NCBI RefSeq assembly: GCF_000017945.1
Contig: NC_009776.1
Span: 840,001-872,000 of the forward strand
DNA: 32,000 nucleotides
From: Ignicoccus hospitalis KIN4/I
GTDB lineage: Archaea; Thermoproteota; Thermoprotei_A; Sulfolobales; Ignicoccaceae
Reading direction: 5' to 3'
Position 1 is the first letter of the stretch. Every line of letters begins with the position of its first letter. The notes beneath the pieces were generated by a model. It made no database searches, was not told the DNA's origin, and was given only the letters and a program-made list of their open reading frames with translations. This document shows positions 9,034 through 18,867 of the stretch, one piece after another. The translations under genes were made by a program, and so were the position numbers.

Positions 9034-10489
9034 GGAGTTCAACCCGGTACATAAGTATAATCCGAGGAAGGGCCCCCGCGTAGCGCTCTTCTACCCGGCC
9101 CCCTATTCTGTGGCCTCCCAAAGCTTGGGCTTCCAGCTGCTCTACGCGTACTTCGTCAGCTACGGGGTGAGGGTTGAGAGGTTCACTTACGACTCTTGCG
9201 GGACGAGCCTGGAGTCCGGCAAGACTTTAAAAGAGTTCGACGTAGTAGTGGTCTCATCGTCCTTCGAGCTGGACTACCCCTACTTATCTGAGTATTTGAG
9301 GAAGTACGGCCGCGAGGGACAAAGAGTAATAGCCGGAGGTATCGCGCCTACGTCCAATCCCATACCGATATTAGACGTGGTGACCAACGTGGTGCTCGCT
9401 GACGTAGAAATTGCTGTGCCCAGTGTTGTAGACGCGCTATTCAGCGGGGATTGGGAAAGCTTCGAGTCCTTAGAGTTCGTGGTCTCTGGGGAGGACGACG
9501 AGGGCAAGAGGGCTTACGCGAACGTCGCTGAGGAGCCGCTGCTATCGACCCAGTTCGTACCCTTGGACTTCGACCCTCCGTGGGGCAAGGGGTTCCTCGT
9601 GGAGGTGACCAGAGGCTGCCCTTGGAAGTGCCGCTTCTGCCTAGAGGGTTGGGTCACCAAGCCCTTCCGCCAGAGGGACGTGGAGCAAGTCAAGAGGGCC
9701 CTAGCTAACGTCCGTAGGCCGTTCGAGAAGGTAATAACCATCTCTCTGAGCTTAGGTAATTATGAGTCAGTAGACGAGTACTTGGACTCATTGATCGAAC
9801 TTAAGAGAAAGAGGAAGGTGCAAGGCTCAGTGCCCAGCCTAAGGTTGGAGACAGTTACGGAGGAGTTGCTCGAGAAAGTTAAGGGTTTGGGTCAGAGGAC
9901 CGTAACGGTCGCGCCGGAGACCTTCGACCCGTTGAAGGCCCGCGTGCTGGGCAAGGGCTATGCTCCAGAATTCTTTAAAGAGAAAGTAAGCATAATCAAT
10001 AAACTCAACTTAAAGCTAAAAGTATACATGATGGTTGTTCCCGGGGAGCCTGCGAGGGTTACGGAGGGCGACGCGGAGGTCTTGAAGGAACTGGCGCCGG
10101 GCTCCCACGTCTCGGTGAACCCCTTAGTACCCAAGCCTTGGACCCCCCTTCAAGGGGCCCCCATTCCCGGAGAGAGGGAGGAGAGGGCTTTGTCCGTCTT
10201 CGCGGAGAAGTTGAGATACGTCGACTTGTACCCGGTCAAGTGGGCCCGCTTGCAAGCCGCGCTCGGCCTAGCGAGGAGGCCTTTGGGCAAGCACTTAGCT
10301 CCCACCTCCGACCCAGAAGGACTGATAAGGGAACTGAACGAAAGGGGACTGATTTCCTTGAAAGAGTTAGAAAGCTGGAGGACCGATTGGGACGAACCTT
10401 GGTTGAGGTTCAGGGTGGGAGACTTGAAGGAAATAAAGAGGCTCGGCGAGGACAGCTACGAGGCTTGGAAGGAGCTGATCAGCTCGTGA
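8999..10489 (+). CDS. Radical SAM protein with N-terminal B12-binding-like domain
   Basis: GPRVALFYPAPYSVASQSLGFQLLY...DVVVVSSSFELDYPYLSEYLRKYG...FLVEVTRGCPWKCRFCLEG (CxxxCxxC)...TVAPETFDPLKARVLGKG. Start may be 8984 or 8999. Confidence 0.88.
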   Translation: MTRIRLCDKTVREFNPVHKYNPRKGPRVALFYPAPYSVASQSLGFQLLYAYFVSYGVRVERFTYDSCGTSLESGKTLKEFDVVVVSSSFELDYPYLSEYLRKYGREGQRVIAGGIAPTSNPIPILDVVTNVVLADVEIAVPSVVDALFSGDWESFESLEFVVSGEDDEGKRAYANVAEEPLLSTQFVPLDFDPPWGKGFLVEVTRGCPWKCRFCLEGWVTKPFRQRDVEQVKRALANVRRPFEKVITISLSLGNYESVDEYLDSLIELKRKRKVQGSVPSLRLETVTEELLEKVKGLGQRTVTVAPETFDPLKARVLGKGYAPEFFKEKVSIINKLNLKLKVYMMVVPGEPARVTEGDAEVLKELAPGSHVSVNPLVPKPWTPLQGAPIPGEREERALSVFAEKLRYVDLYPVKWARLQAALGLARRPLGKHLAPTSDPEGLIRELNERGLISLKELESWRTDWDEPWLRFRVGDLKEIKRLGEDSYEAWKELISS

Positions 10490-11813
10490 AGACCGGGGAG
10501 CCCTCGTCCACCGAGGAGCCCTTCTTCAGCATCTCGTGTAGGTCCTTCTCCGGGTCGCCGACGAGCCTCAAATCGAACTCTTTCACCAACTTCTCTAGCA
10601 CGTTGGGCGTGAAGAACTTCGGGAGGACAGGGCCTATGTAGATACCTCTTATGCCTAAGTACAGCAAGGAGTACAGGATTGCGACGGCCTTCTGTTCCAT
10701 CCAGCTTAGGACAATGCTTACGGGCAAGTTGTTAAGGTCCTTTCCAAGCCTCTTCGCCAGCTCGGAAGCGATGACCAGTATCGAATATACGTTGTTGCAT
10801 TGGCCGAAGTCCATGAACCGGGGTATGCCCTCTATAGTGCCGTAGTTCCTATTGTTATAGTGGAACTTGGCACACGCGGCGCTCAGTATTATGGAGTCCT
10901 TAGGCACGAGCTCGGTAAACCTCTTGTAGTAGCTCATCTTGGGGTTCGGCAAGTCACAGCCGCCCACCACGAAGACGTGCCTTATCTTACCCTCGTTGAT
11001 CAAATCTATCACCTTGTCCAGCAACGGTAGTACGTTCGTGTGGTGGAAGCCCGTAACGAGCTTACCTCCCTCCTTCTTCTCCAGCCTCGGGGTCTCTAGG
11101 GCTCTCTTTATGGCGGGCGTGAAGTCCCCTTCTAGGTGGGGCACCCCCTCGAGCCCGGCTATGTCGGTAGTGAAAATCCTGTTCGCGTAGGCGGGGGTAG
11201 GCTGTTGGACGCAGTTGCTCGTGCCTATTATGACCCCGGGGAACTGGGCGAACTCCCTCTTCTGGTAGACCCAGCTGCCTCCCCAGTTACCGTAGAGGCT
11301 GGGGAAGGCCTTCAGCTTGGGGTACGAGTGAGCCGGGAGCATTTCTGAGTGGGTGTAGACCTTTATCTCGTCTTCCAAACCCATTTCCCTTATCTGTTTC
11401 AAAAGCTCGTACAGCGGCTTGTAGCTGTGACCCGTGACCAATATGCCGTGACCCTCCTCGGTCCCCGTAGGGACCTCCACCACTTGGGGCGCTCCGAAGG
11501 TCTCAACGTACGCTTTGTCCAACAGCTCCATAGTCTTTATGTGTATCCTTCCGGCTTCCAATATCATTTTGATGAAGTTTTCCTTGCTGAAGTCTACGTT
11601 AGTCAGAGTTTTGTACAGAGCTGAGGCCAAGAAGTAACTTATCTCGGGGTCGTCGTAGCCCAAGGAGCGCGCGTGATAATAATATGCGGAGATCCCCTTG
11701 AGGCCGTATATGAGGGCCTCTTGGAGGGACTGCAGGTCGGCGTCCTTACCGCACACGCCGTAGGAGGTGCACCCCCTAGGGGGCAAGCTCATGGCGCATT
11801 GGTCACAGAGCAT
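10479..11813 (-). CDS. hcp: Hybrid cluster protein / hydroxylamine reductase
   Basis: MLCDQCAMSLPPRGCTSYGVCGK...HGILVTGHSYKPL...HSEMLPAHSYPKL...GNWGGSW...FVVGGCD...AACAKFHYN...GIPRFMDFGQCNNVYS...VSIVLSWMEQKAVAIL. Start refined from 11939 to ATG 11813. Confidence 0.93.
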   Translation of the reverse strand: MLCDQCAMSLPPRGCTSYGVCGKDADLQSLQEALIYGLKGISAYYYHARSLGYDDPEISYFLASALYKTLTNVDFSKENFIKMILEAGRIHIKTMELLDKAYVETFGAPQVVEVPTGTEEGHGILVTGHSYKPLYELLKQIREMGLEDEIKVYTHSEMLPAHSYPKLKAFPSLYGNWGGSWVYQKREFAQFPGVIIGTSNCVQQPTPAYANRIFTTDIAGLEGVPHLEGDFTPAIKRALETPRLEKKEGGKLVTGFHHTNVLPLLDKVIDLINEGKIRHVFVVGGCDLPNPKMSYYKRFTELVPKDSIILSAACAKFHYNNRNYGTIEGIPRFMDFGQCNNVYSILVIASELAKRLGKDLNNLPVSIVLSWMEQKAVAILYSLLYLGIRGIYIGPVLPKFFTPNVLEKLVKEFDLRLVGDPEKDLHEMLKKGSSVDEGSPVFTS

Positions 11814-11967
11814 GGGAACGGTCTCGACCTTTGACACGTGCGAACCCCTCGGGAAGGGTAGAAACGCCTTCTTGCTTAGAACGTTTTGATCGAACGCGTT
11901 ACCGTCTTCACTCCCCTTCCCTCTCGCATAAACCCCCAACGGACGTACTCTAACAATAGCTAACTGT

Positions 11968-13626
11968 TCAGTACTCTAACGCCCCTCCCTTGTCGGCGCT
12001 CAAGGCCATCTTCGCGTACCTCCTAAGTATTCCCCTCCTCAAGGGCTTCACCTTCGGCTTCCAGCGAGCCCTCCTCTCCTCTAGCTCCTTCTCGTCCACC
12101 AGCAAGTCTAACCTCCTCTTCTCGATATCTATCACTATCTCGTCGCCGTCTTGAACGAGCGCTATGGGCCCTCCGGCGGCGGCCTCGGGGGAGACGTGGC
12201 CTATCGCTGGCCCCCTAGTGGCCCCCGAGAAGCGGCCGTCCGTCACCAGCGCTACCTTATCGCCCAAGCCGAGCGCCATAACTGCTGCAGTGGCCGTCAA
12301 CATCTCGCGCATCCCGGGCCCCCCTCTCGGGCCCTCGTACCTGATCACTATTACGGTCCCGGGCTCTATCTCGCCCCCTCTGATGGCCTTTACCGCGTCC
12401 TCCTCTCTGTCAAAGACCCTCGCCACGCCCTTGAACTTCCAGAGCTCCCTCTTCACGGCTGAAGCCTTAACCACGGCTCCGTTAGGGGCCAAGGAGCCCT
12501 TGAGTATGGCAAGGCCTCCGAAGGGACTGTAGGGGTTATCCAAAGGCCTTATTACTTCTCTATCCAAGACTGCCGCGTCCTTAACGTTCTCCCAGACGGT
12601 CTTGCCGGTCACGGTCAAGGCGTCCTTGTGAATGAGACCGGCCTCCCCGAGCTCTTTTAGTACTGCCGGAATCCCCCCGGCTCTGTCCAAGTCCACTACG
12701 AAGTGTCTCCCGGAAGGCGATATGGAAGCTATGTGGGGCACCTTGCGGGATATTTCGTCGAACACTTCGAGGGGTAAGTCTATTCCGAGCTCGTACGCTA
12801 ACGCTTCCAAGTGTAGCACGGAGTTGGTAGAGCCGCCCAACGCCATGTCCACGGCTATAGCGTTCTCTAATGCCTTCCTTGTCAGTATTTTGTCGGGAGT
12901 CAGTCCCTCTTCCACCATTTTTACTATTCTCATACCGGTAAGCTTGGCGTACCAGAGCCTCCTCGCCTCCACTGCTGGTACCGTGGACGCGCCCGGCAAC
13001 ATCAACCCCATGGCTTCCGAGAGCATATTCATCGTGTTTGCCGTGAAGAGGCCCGCGCAGCTGCCCGGGCCGGGGAGCGCGCTCTCCTCTAACTTCCTTA
13101 GTTCTTCCGTTCTTCCCTCCTTAATGAGGACGTTCATCCTCTCCATGAGGTCCTTGAAGTCTATCCGTTCCTTGCCGTATACGCCGGGCATCATGGGGCC
13201 GCCGTTGATCAGAATTACCGGGACCTCCAGCCTGGCCGCGGCCAACAAGAAGCCCGGAGTTATCTTGTCGCAGTTGGTCACCATAACTACGGCGTCCAGC
13301 CTGTGAGCTTCCACCATTATTTCGACAGTGTCTGCTATGACCTCCCTAGAAGGCAGCGAATACCTCATCCCCTCGTGACCCATTGCGATCCCGTCGCATA
13401 CGGCGATGGTGCCGAACTCCAGCGGAGTGCCCCCTGCCATCCTTATCCCGGCCTTTACCGCCTCCGCTACCTTGTCCAAGTGGACGTGGCCGGGGACTAT
13501 TTCGTTCCAAGAGTTCGCCACTCCTATTAGAGGCCTCCTCAGCTCTTCGTCAATTAGCCCAGAGGCCCTCCACAGAGCCCTATGAGGGGCGTACTCCGGC
13601 CTCAAGAAGACGTCGCTTCTCTTCAA
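11968..13626 (-). CDS. ilvD: Dihydroxy-acid dehydratase
   Basis: [72 protein letters not shown]...[10 protein letters not shown]...[27 protein letters not shown]. Confidence 0.97.
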   Translation of the reverse strand: MKRSDVFLRPEYAPHRALWRASGLIDEELRRPLIGVANSWNEIVPGHVHLDKVAEAVKAGIRMAGGTPLEFGTIAVCDGIAMGHEGMRYSLPSREVIADTVEIMVEAHRLDAVVMVTNCDKITPGFLLAAARLEVPVILINGGPMMPGVYGKERIDFKDLMERMNVLIKEGRTEELRKLEESALPGPGSCAGLFTANTMNMLSEAMGLMLPGASTVPAVEARRLWYAKLTGMRIVKMVEEGLTPDKILTRKALENAIAVDMALGGSTNSVLHLEALAYELGIDLPLEVFDEISRKVPHIASISPSGRHFVVDLDRAGGIPAVLKELGEAGLIHKDALTVTGKTVWENVKDAAVLDREVIRPLDNPYSPFGGLAILKGSLAPNGAVVKASAVKRELWKFKGVARVFDREEDAVKAIRGGEIEPGTVIVIRYEGPRGGPGMREMLTATAAVMALGLGDKVALVTDGRFSGATRGPAIGHVSPEAAAGGPIALVQDGDEIVIDIEKRRLDLLVDEKELEERRARWKPKVKPLRRGILRRYAKMALSADKGGALEY

Positions 13627-13724
13627 CTTCCGGGACCACTTCCACTCCCACGCGGAAGCTAAAACTCGTTCGTAGCGCGCTTAATGTCAAAAACCCAGCT
13701 GCGTTTTCCACACCGGGTAGCGAC

Positions 13725-16319
13725 TTGAAGAGGACCGCGTTTTGGATTGTAATAGCAGCAATTGCCGCCTTGTTCGCGGCCCAACTCGATAGGGTGTTGG
13801 TATACAGCGAGACTGCCATGCTCCCGAAAGATGCGGAGTCCTACAAGGTGAAGGAAGTTGTTAATACATACTTTAAAGATATGGCCAATAACACGCTACT
13901 GTTCGCAATATTCGAGACTAACGTAACCGACGAGAGGGCGTGGAACTGGTACTGGACATTAAAGAACGAGACAAAACTGAACATGACCAGCATCTACGAC
14001 ATCTGGAAGACATCTGAAAAGGGGTTGAAGAAGCTGTACGACGCGTCAAAGAACTTCAAGAACATGTACGAAGGCTTGGGCGAGGGTTTAGCTAACCTCT
14101 GGGCGGCCGTAGACGTGATCCACTACATAATGGTGATCAATGGGCTATATAGCTTGGATAAGGAGGAAGCAGTCTCGACCTTCCAAGCGCTGGTTTATGG
14201 GACCCCGCTGGAGAATATGACTGACGTGGCCGAGCTCTTGTACGACGCTGTGGCCTCCAGCGGGAAGGACCCCACCTCCGTGGACGAGGTCTTCACCCTG
14301 ACCGTAGCTTATCGAAAGCTCAAGTCGGGTTTGGAGTCGGAATACGCCAAGGCGTACCTAGACTGTTTATACAAGGGCTTGATCGGCGAGGTTAAGGGAA
14401 AGAAGTACTGGTTGGACTATCCGATGGACTTCGAAAGCATAAAGAACAAAATAATGGATGACATAAAGTCGGTAGAACCCAAGTCGGTTAGGTGCTTCTC
14501 GAATTGGTTCGCAGCGAAGGTTGGGCTCCCCGGGGACATCGTAGAAGAGGTGGTGGTTTCGGCCTACGAAGGCAAAGAGGTAAACCTCAGAGGTCTGGCC
14601 TTGAAGCTCATATTGGAAAAGGAAGGAGACATAATAAAGACTCTGTTCCTCTCTAAGGACTGGAAGGCCACGATAATAAGGCTGCCTACGAACGATTACG
14701 AAACTGCTAAGAGAGTAAAGGAGGAGGCAATTAAGCTTGGAAAAGGCATACTCTCCAAGGCATACTTACTGGGACCGGGGGTGCTAAGCGTCGAACTCCA
14801 AGAAGCTAACATAGAGGACGCGAGAAGGGTCCAAGAGCTTAGCCACGCCCTGGTACTAGTGGTGTTGTTCCTAATCACGAGGTCGATAGTCGCCAGCGTC
14901 ATACCGTTCTTGGTCGTAGGGATCGGAATAATAGTGGGTATGGCGTTAGCGTACTTCGTCGGGCTGGCCTTCCCTATATATCACATAGCGAAGACCTTGA
15001 TGATAACTACGGGATTGGGGCTAGGTATGGACTATAGCATATTCATATTGGCCAGGTTTAAGGAGGAGGCGACCAAGGGCCTCTCGCCCAAGGAAGCGGC
15101 GGCAGTGGCTGCCAAGCGCGCCGGCCACGCGGTCGGGGTGTCGGCCCTCGCGGCCTCCTTGGGCTTCGCCTCCCTCGCGCTCTCCGGGACTTTGATGCTT
15201 GACAGCATGGGCTTAACCATACCTCTGGTGGTCCTCGCCACCGCGGCCACTGCGATGACCCTCCTTCCCGAAGTCCTCTCCAAGATCGGAGAGAAGAGCT
15301 GGTTCTGGTGGCCGGGGAGGCTGACGGTCAGGGAAGAGAGGCCCTTCGAAGGGAGGCCTAGGACATCTGTCTTGGTAGCGGTGTTCGTGCTAGCCATCAT
15401 ACTTACAGCGTACTCATTAGTATTTTACATCAATTACAAGGGCACTAGCGATACCACGCTCTTCTTGCCCGAGGGCACGGAGGCCTACGAGGCGCTGCTA
15501 GAGTTCGCCCAGCGCTTCCCTCCCGGGGCTTGGGGGCCCGTTTACCTCGTCTCGCTTAACTGCGACTGCCACAACGTCCTAGAGAGCTTGAAGCACAACC
15601 CCGCCGTGGCTACAGTAATCATGCCCGAGGACGTGCCGAGCTTGAAGAAGGACGGTATCAACCTAATAATGGTAATACCGAACTCCCAGCCCTTCAGTGA
15701 AGAGGCAATGAAGTTAGTCGAAGAAATTAGGCATATTCGCGAGGATAAGTGTTGCTTAGTAGGAGGCACCCCCGCGGAGCTGCTCGACACCAAAGTATTG
15801 GTGACTAAGTCGTTCTGGAGTAAGGTGGCCCCCTTCGCGATAACGGCTACCATGCTAGTGCTGTTAGTAAGCACGCGAAGGCTCCCTCCGGTGGTCAGCG
15901 CGGCCTTCAGCTTGGTAGCCGCCATATCTTGGGCCGTGACGCTGTCCCACTACCTCTCCTTGTACGCGTGGGGGTCCCCGCTCTACTGGATAACGCCGCT
16001 GATAGCGTTCGTGGCCACCCTGGGCATAGGGACAGATTACAACGTCTTCTATATAAGCAGGGTGCTCGAAGAATTAGAGAAGAACGTGAAGAACGCCGTG
16101 TGGGCCCCAGTAAAGAGCGCGGCGCCGGTAATACTGGGGCTCGCGAGCATAATGGCCTCCGCTTACTTGGGCATGCTCGTGGCGCGCTCGGTGGCGTTGA
16201 GGCAGATGGGCCTCGCCTTGGGCTTCTCCGCGCTCTTCGCCGCGATCAACGCTACGTTGCTAAATCCAGTAACCTTGAGCATTATAGTATTGATAGCAAG
16301 CATCTTGAAGAAGCGATAG
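13725..16319 (+). CDS. MMPL/RND-superfamily membrane transporter
   Basis: Two 6-TM blocks separated by large soluble loops; hallmark motifs GLGLGMDYSIFILARFKEEATKGLSPKEA and GIGTDYNVFYISRVLEE. The listed start 13383 overlaps ilvD; TTG 13725 (LKRTAFWIVIAAIAALF) is more plausible. Confidence 0.88.
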   Translation: MKRTAFWIVIAAIAALFAAQLDRVLVYSETAMLPKDAESYKVKEVVNTYFKDMANNTLLFAIFETNVTDERAWNWYWTLKNETKLNMTSIYDIWKTSEKGLKKLYDASKNFKNMYEGLGEGLANLWAAVDVIHYIMVINGLYSLDKEEAVSTFQALVYGTPLENMTDVAELLYDAVASSGKDPTSVDEVFTLTVAYRKLKSGLESEYAKAYLDCLYKGLIGEVKGKKYWLDYPMDFESIKNKIMDDIKSVEPKSVRCFSNWFAAKVGLPGDIVEEVVVSAYEGKEVNLRGLALKLILEKEGDIIKTLFLSKDWKATIIRLPTNDYETAKRVKEEAIKLGKGILSKAYLLGPGVLSVELQEANIEDARRVQELSHALVLVVLFLITRSIVASVIPFLVVGIGIIVGMALAYFVGLAFPIYHIAKTLMITTGLGLGMDYSIFILARFKEEATKGLSPKEAAAVAAKRAGHAVGVSALAASLGFASLALSGTLMLDSMGLTIPLVVLATAATAMTLLPEVLSKIGEKSWFWWPGRLTVREERPFEGRPRTSVLVAVFVLAIILTAYSLVFYINYKGTSDTTLFLPEGTEAYEALLEFAQRFPPGAWGPVYLVSLNCDCHNVLESLKHNPAVATVIMPEDVPSLKKDGINLIMVIPNSQPFSEEAMKLVEEIRHIREDKCCLVGGTPAELLDTKVLVTKSFWSKVAPFAITATMLVLLVSTRRLPPVVSAAFSLVAAISWAVTLSHYLSLYAWGSPLYWITPLIAFVATLGIGTDYNVFYISRVLEELEKNVKNAVWAPVKSAAPVILGLASIMASAYLGMLVARSVALRQMGLALGFSALFAAINATLLNPVTLSIIVLIASILKKR

Positions 16320-16363
16320 CCCACACTTTTATAGAACCGTTTCTTGCCACACCGGGGAACTCC

Positions 16364-17716
16364 TTGGTAGAGATCAGGGAAGTGAAGGAGCTGCCGAAGC
16401 GCGAGGAAGTTAGGGTGGGATTCCACACCCACATAAAGGGCCTCGGACTCGACGAAAAAGGGAAGGCCAAGAAGGTGGCCGACGGCCTCGTAGGCCAAGA
16501 GGAGGCCAGGGAGGCCCTCGGAGTGGTCGCACAGATGGTAAAAGAGGGTAAGATGGCGGGCAAGGGAGTATTAATAGTTGGCCCTCCGGGGACGGGCAAG
16601 ACTGCGCTCGCGGTCGGCCTGGCCAAGGAGTTGGGCGAAGACACTCCCTTCGTAGCTATGGGCGGTTCCGAAATAATGGGGAGCCAGAGGAAGGGAGAAC
16701 TGCTCATGCAAGCGATGAGGAGGTCTATAGGCGTCAGGGTAAAGGAGAAGAGGACCGTTTACGAGGGCGTAGTAAGGGACATAAAGTACCGCGTCAGCCG
16801 CCACCCCTTCAACCCCTACATCAAGGTGCCTAGAGAAGCAGTAATCACGCTCGAGACCACCGACGACAGGGTAACCCTAACCGTCGACGAGGACATAGCC
16901 GTCCAGTTGAGGCAACTCGGAGTGCGGAAGGGCGACATAATAGCCATAGACGCGGAGACCGGTAGGGTCTACAAGCTCGGCAGGGCGAGGGAGGAGAGCG
17001 ACGTCGGCGGCATAAAGCTCGTCAGGGAAGTGAAGGTGCCGGAGGGACCGGTCAAAAAGGAGAAGGAAATAGTGTATACTCTCACCTTACACGACTTGGA
17101 CACCTACTTCGCCGCCCAGCAAGCGCCGATCAGCTTGTTGGCGGGCCTGGGCCCGGAGAGCGTCACGGACGAGGTGAGGAAACAAGTCGACAAGATGGTC
17201 TCGGAGTGGGTGAAGCAAGGGAGGGCGGAGCTCGTTCCGGGCGTCTTGTTCATAGACGACGCTCACTTGCTTGACCTAGAGACCTTCAGCTTCTTGTCAA
17301 GGGCTATGGAAAAGGAACTCGCGCCGATAATCGTTCTAGCCACCAACAGAGGGAAGGCGAAGATAAGGGGCACGGACGAGGAAGCTCCCCACGGCATACC
17401 CCTCGACATGCTGGACAGGTTACTAATAATTAGGACTAGACCGTACACCAGGTCTGAGATTGAAGAGATATTGAAGATCAGGGCAGAAGAGGAAGGGGTC
17501 AAGCTTTCCAAAGAGGCTCTAGAGAAGCTTGCCGAAATGGGCGAGGCGAGGAGCTTGCGCTATGCGATAAACTTGTTGCAGCCAGCTTACACCATAGCTA
17601 AGATGAACGGAAGGGACGTGGTGGCGCCGGAGGACGTCGAGGAGGCCACGCGGAAGTTCGTCGACGTCAGAGAGAGCGTTAAGTACGTGGAGCAGTTCAA
17701 GGATAAGTTCCTCTAG
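16364..17716 (+). CDS. TIP49/RuvBL-like AAA+ ATPase
   Basis: FHTHIKGLGLDEKGKAKKVADGLVGQEEAREALGVVAQMVKEGKMAGKGVLIVGPPGTGKTALAVGLAKELGEDTPF...GVLFIDDAHLLDLETFSFLSRAMEKELAPIIVLATNRG. Start placed at TTG 16364; the ORF upstream of this lies inside the MMPL gene. Confidence 0.93.
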   Translation: MVEIREVKELPKREEVRVGFHTHIKGLGLDEKGKAKKVADGLVGQEEAREALGVVAQMVKEGKMAGKGVLIVGPPGTGKTALAVGLAKELGEDTPFVAMGGSEIMGSQRKGELLMQAMRRSIGVRVKEKRTVYEGVVRDIKYRVSRHPFNPYIKVPREAVITLETTDDRVTLTVDEDIAVQLRQLGVRKGDIIAIDAETGRVYKLGRAREESDVGGIKLVREVKVPEGPVKKEKEIVYTLTLHDLDTYFAAQQAPISLLAGLGPESVTDEVRKQVDKMVSEWVKQGRAELVPGVLFIDDAHLLDLETFSFLSRAMEKELAPIIVLATNRGKAKIRGTDEEAPHGIPLDMLDRLLIIRTRPYTRSEIEEILKIRAEEEGVKLSKEALEKLAEMGEARSLRYAINLLQPAYTIAKMNGRDVVAPEDVEEATRKFVDVRESVKYVEQFKDKFL

Positions 17717-17739
17717 CACGGTTTTACCCTCCAAACCCT

Positions 17740-17748
17740 TCAAATATC
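17740..17748 (+). promoter_or_regulatory. Candidate TATA box for the L3 operon
   Basis: tcaaatatc about 30 nt before ATG 17777, compatible with a short or leaderless transcript. Confidence 0.4.
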
Positions 17749-17776
17749 CCCTCTCCTACGCGCCCCGGGGGCGCTC

Positions 17777-18853
17777 ATGGGAGCACGAAAGAAGGAAGCG
17801 CCGCGTAGAGGCTCTGCGGGGCTACGGCCTAGGAAGAGGGCAGCGAGCATAGTCCCAAGGGTGAGGAGCTGGCCCTCCATAGACGAGGTCAAGCCCCTAG
17901 CGTTCCTAGGTTACAAGGTCGGCATGACCCACGTCATCATGATAGACGACAGGGAGCACGTGGACACCGCGGGTCAAGAGATCTTCGTACCCGTGACCGT
18001 AATAGAAACCCCGCCCATGGTGGTTCTGGGCGCGAGGGTTTACGGTTACGACCCTAACAGAGGTAGGTACGCGCTCACGGAAGTTTGGAGGAACCCCAGC
18101 GACACCATAAAGGAGAAGCTGGGCGAGGAGGTCTTGAGGAAATACTTGTTGGGCATGAGCAAGCGCTTGCCGCACATGGTAGAAGAGCTGGGCCCGGGCA
18201 AGGGCTTCGAGTTCAAGGTTCCCGAAAAGGAACTCGACGTGGACCCCGAGAAGGTGGTAGGAGTAGGGCTTATCATGAGCAGCATACCCTTCCTCGCCGG
18301 AGGGGTGAGCAAGAAGGCTCCAGACATACTCGAGGTGAAGGTAGGGGGCTCGCCCGTTGAAGCCTTGGAGTACGCCAAGGGCAAGTTGGGCCAGCTAGTG
18401 GACGTGGAGGAAGTCATAGAAGCTGGAAAGTTCGTAGACGTGATAGGAGTCACCAAGGGTAAGGGCTTCCAAGGCGTCATAAAGAGGTTCGGCGTCAAGG
18501 AGCTCCCCAAGTGGCACAAGCACCGCAAGGGCTCTAGGAGGGTTGGCGCGAGGAGCTGGGGCAAGGGCACGTCCAGCTACGTGCCCCAGCCCGGCCAGAT
18601 GGGCTACCACAGGAGGACCGACTACAACAAGAGGGTTCTGATGATAAGTGACGACCCCAGCAAGATAAACGTGGAAGGCGGTTGGCTCCACTACGGCTTG
18701 GTTAAGAGCAAGTACGTGGTGCTGAAGGGAAGCGTCTTCGGCCCTCCCAAGAGGCCTATAATAATGCGCCTCCCGGTCAGGCCCCCGGCTTGGGTACCTC
18801 CCGGACCCCCCAAGATCACTTACATCAGCTTAAGCTCCAAGCAAGGTAACTAA
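17777..18853 (+). CDS. rpl3p: 50S ribosomal protein L3
   Basis: FLGYKVGMTHVIMIDD...VIGVTKGKGFQGVIKRFGVKELPKWHKHRKGSRRVGARS...GQMGYHRRTDYNKRVLMI. Confidence 0.96.
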   Translation: MGARKKEAPRRGSAGLRPRKRAASIVPRVRSWPSIDEVKPLAFLGYKVGMTHVIMIDDREHVDTAGQEIFVPVTVIETPPMVVLGARVYGYDPNRGRYALTEVWRNPSDTIKEKLGEEVLRKYLLGMSKRLPHMVEELGPGKGFEFKVPEKELDVDPEKVVGVGLIMSSIPFLAGGVSKKAPDILEVKVGGSPVEALEYAKGKLGQLVDVEEVIEAGKFVDVIGVTKGKGFQGVIKRFGVKELPKWHKHRKGSRRVGARSWGKGTSSYVPQPGQMGYHRRTDYNKRVLMISDDPSKINVEGGWLHYGLVKSKYVVLKGSVFGPPKRPIIMRLPVRPPAWVPPGPPKITYISLSSKQGN

Positions 18854-18867
18854 AGGGGTGGTTGGTG

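Noticed and set aside
11814-11939. Extended N-terminus of the hybrid cluster protein ORF
   Set aside because: The conserved HCP N-terminus MLCDQCAM begins at 11813; the upstream extension has no similarity I recognise.
12632-13306. Plus-strand 224-aa ORF
   Set aside because: Antisense shadow of ilvD with Ser/Pro-rich composition typical of high-GC shadow frames.
13383-13724. N-terminal part of the listed 978-aa ORF
   Set aside because: Arg/Ser/Pro-rich translation antisense to ilvD; the MMPL protein most likely starts at TTG 13725.
15929-16363. N-terminal part of the listed 595-aa ORF
   Set aside because: Lies inside the MMPL coding sequence in another frame; the TIP49 homology begins right after TTG 16364.
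18641-18660. TGATGA-like C box suggesting a C/D box sRNA
   Set aside because: Embedded in rpl3p with no convincing D/C'/D' arrangement; similar hexamers in other coding regions look like chance.
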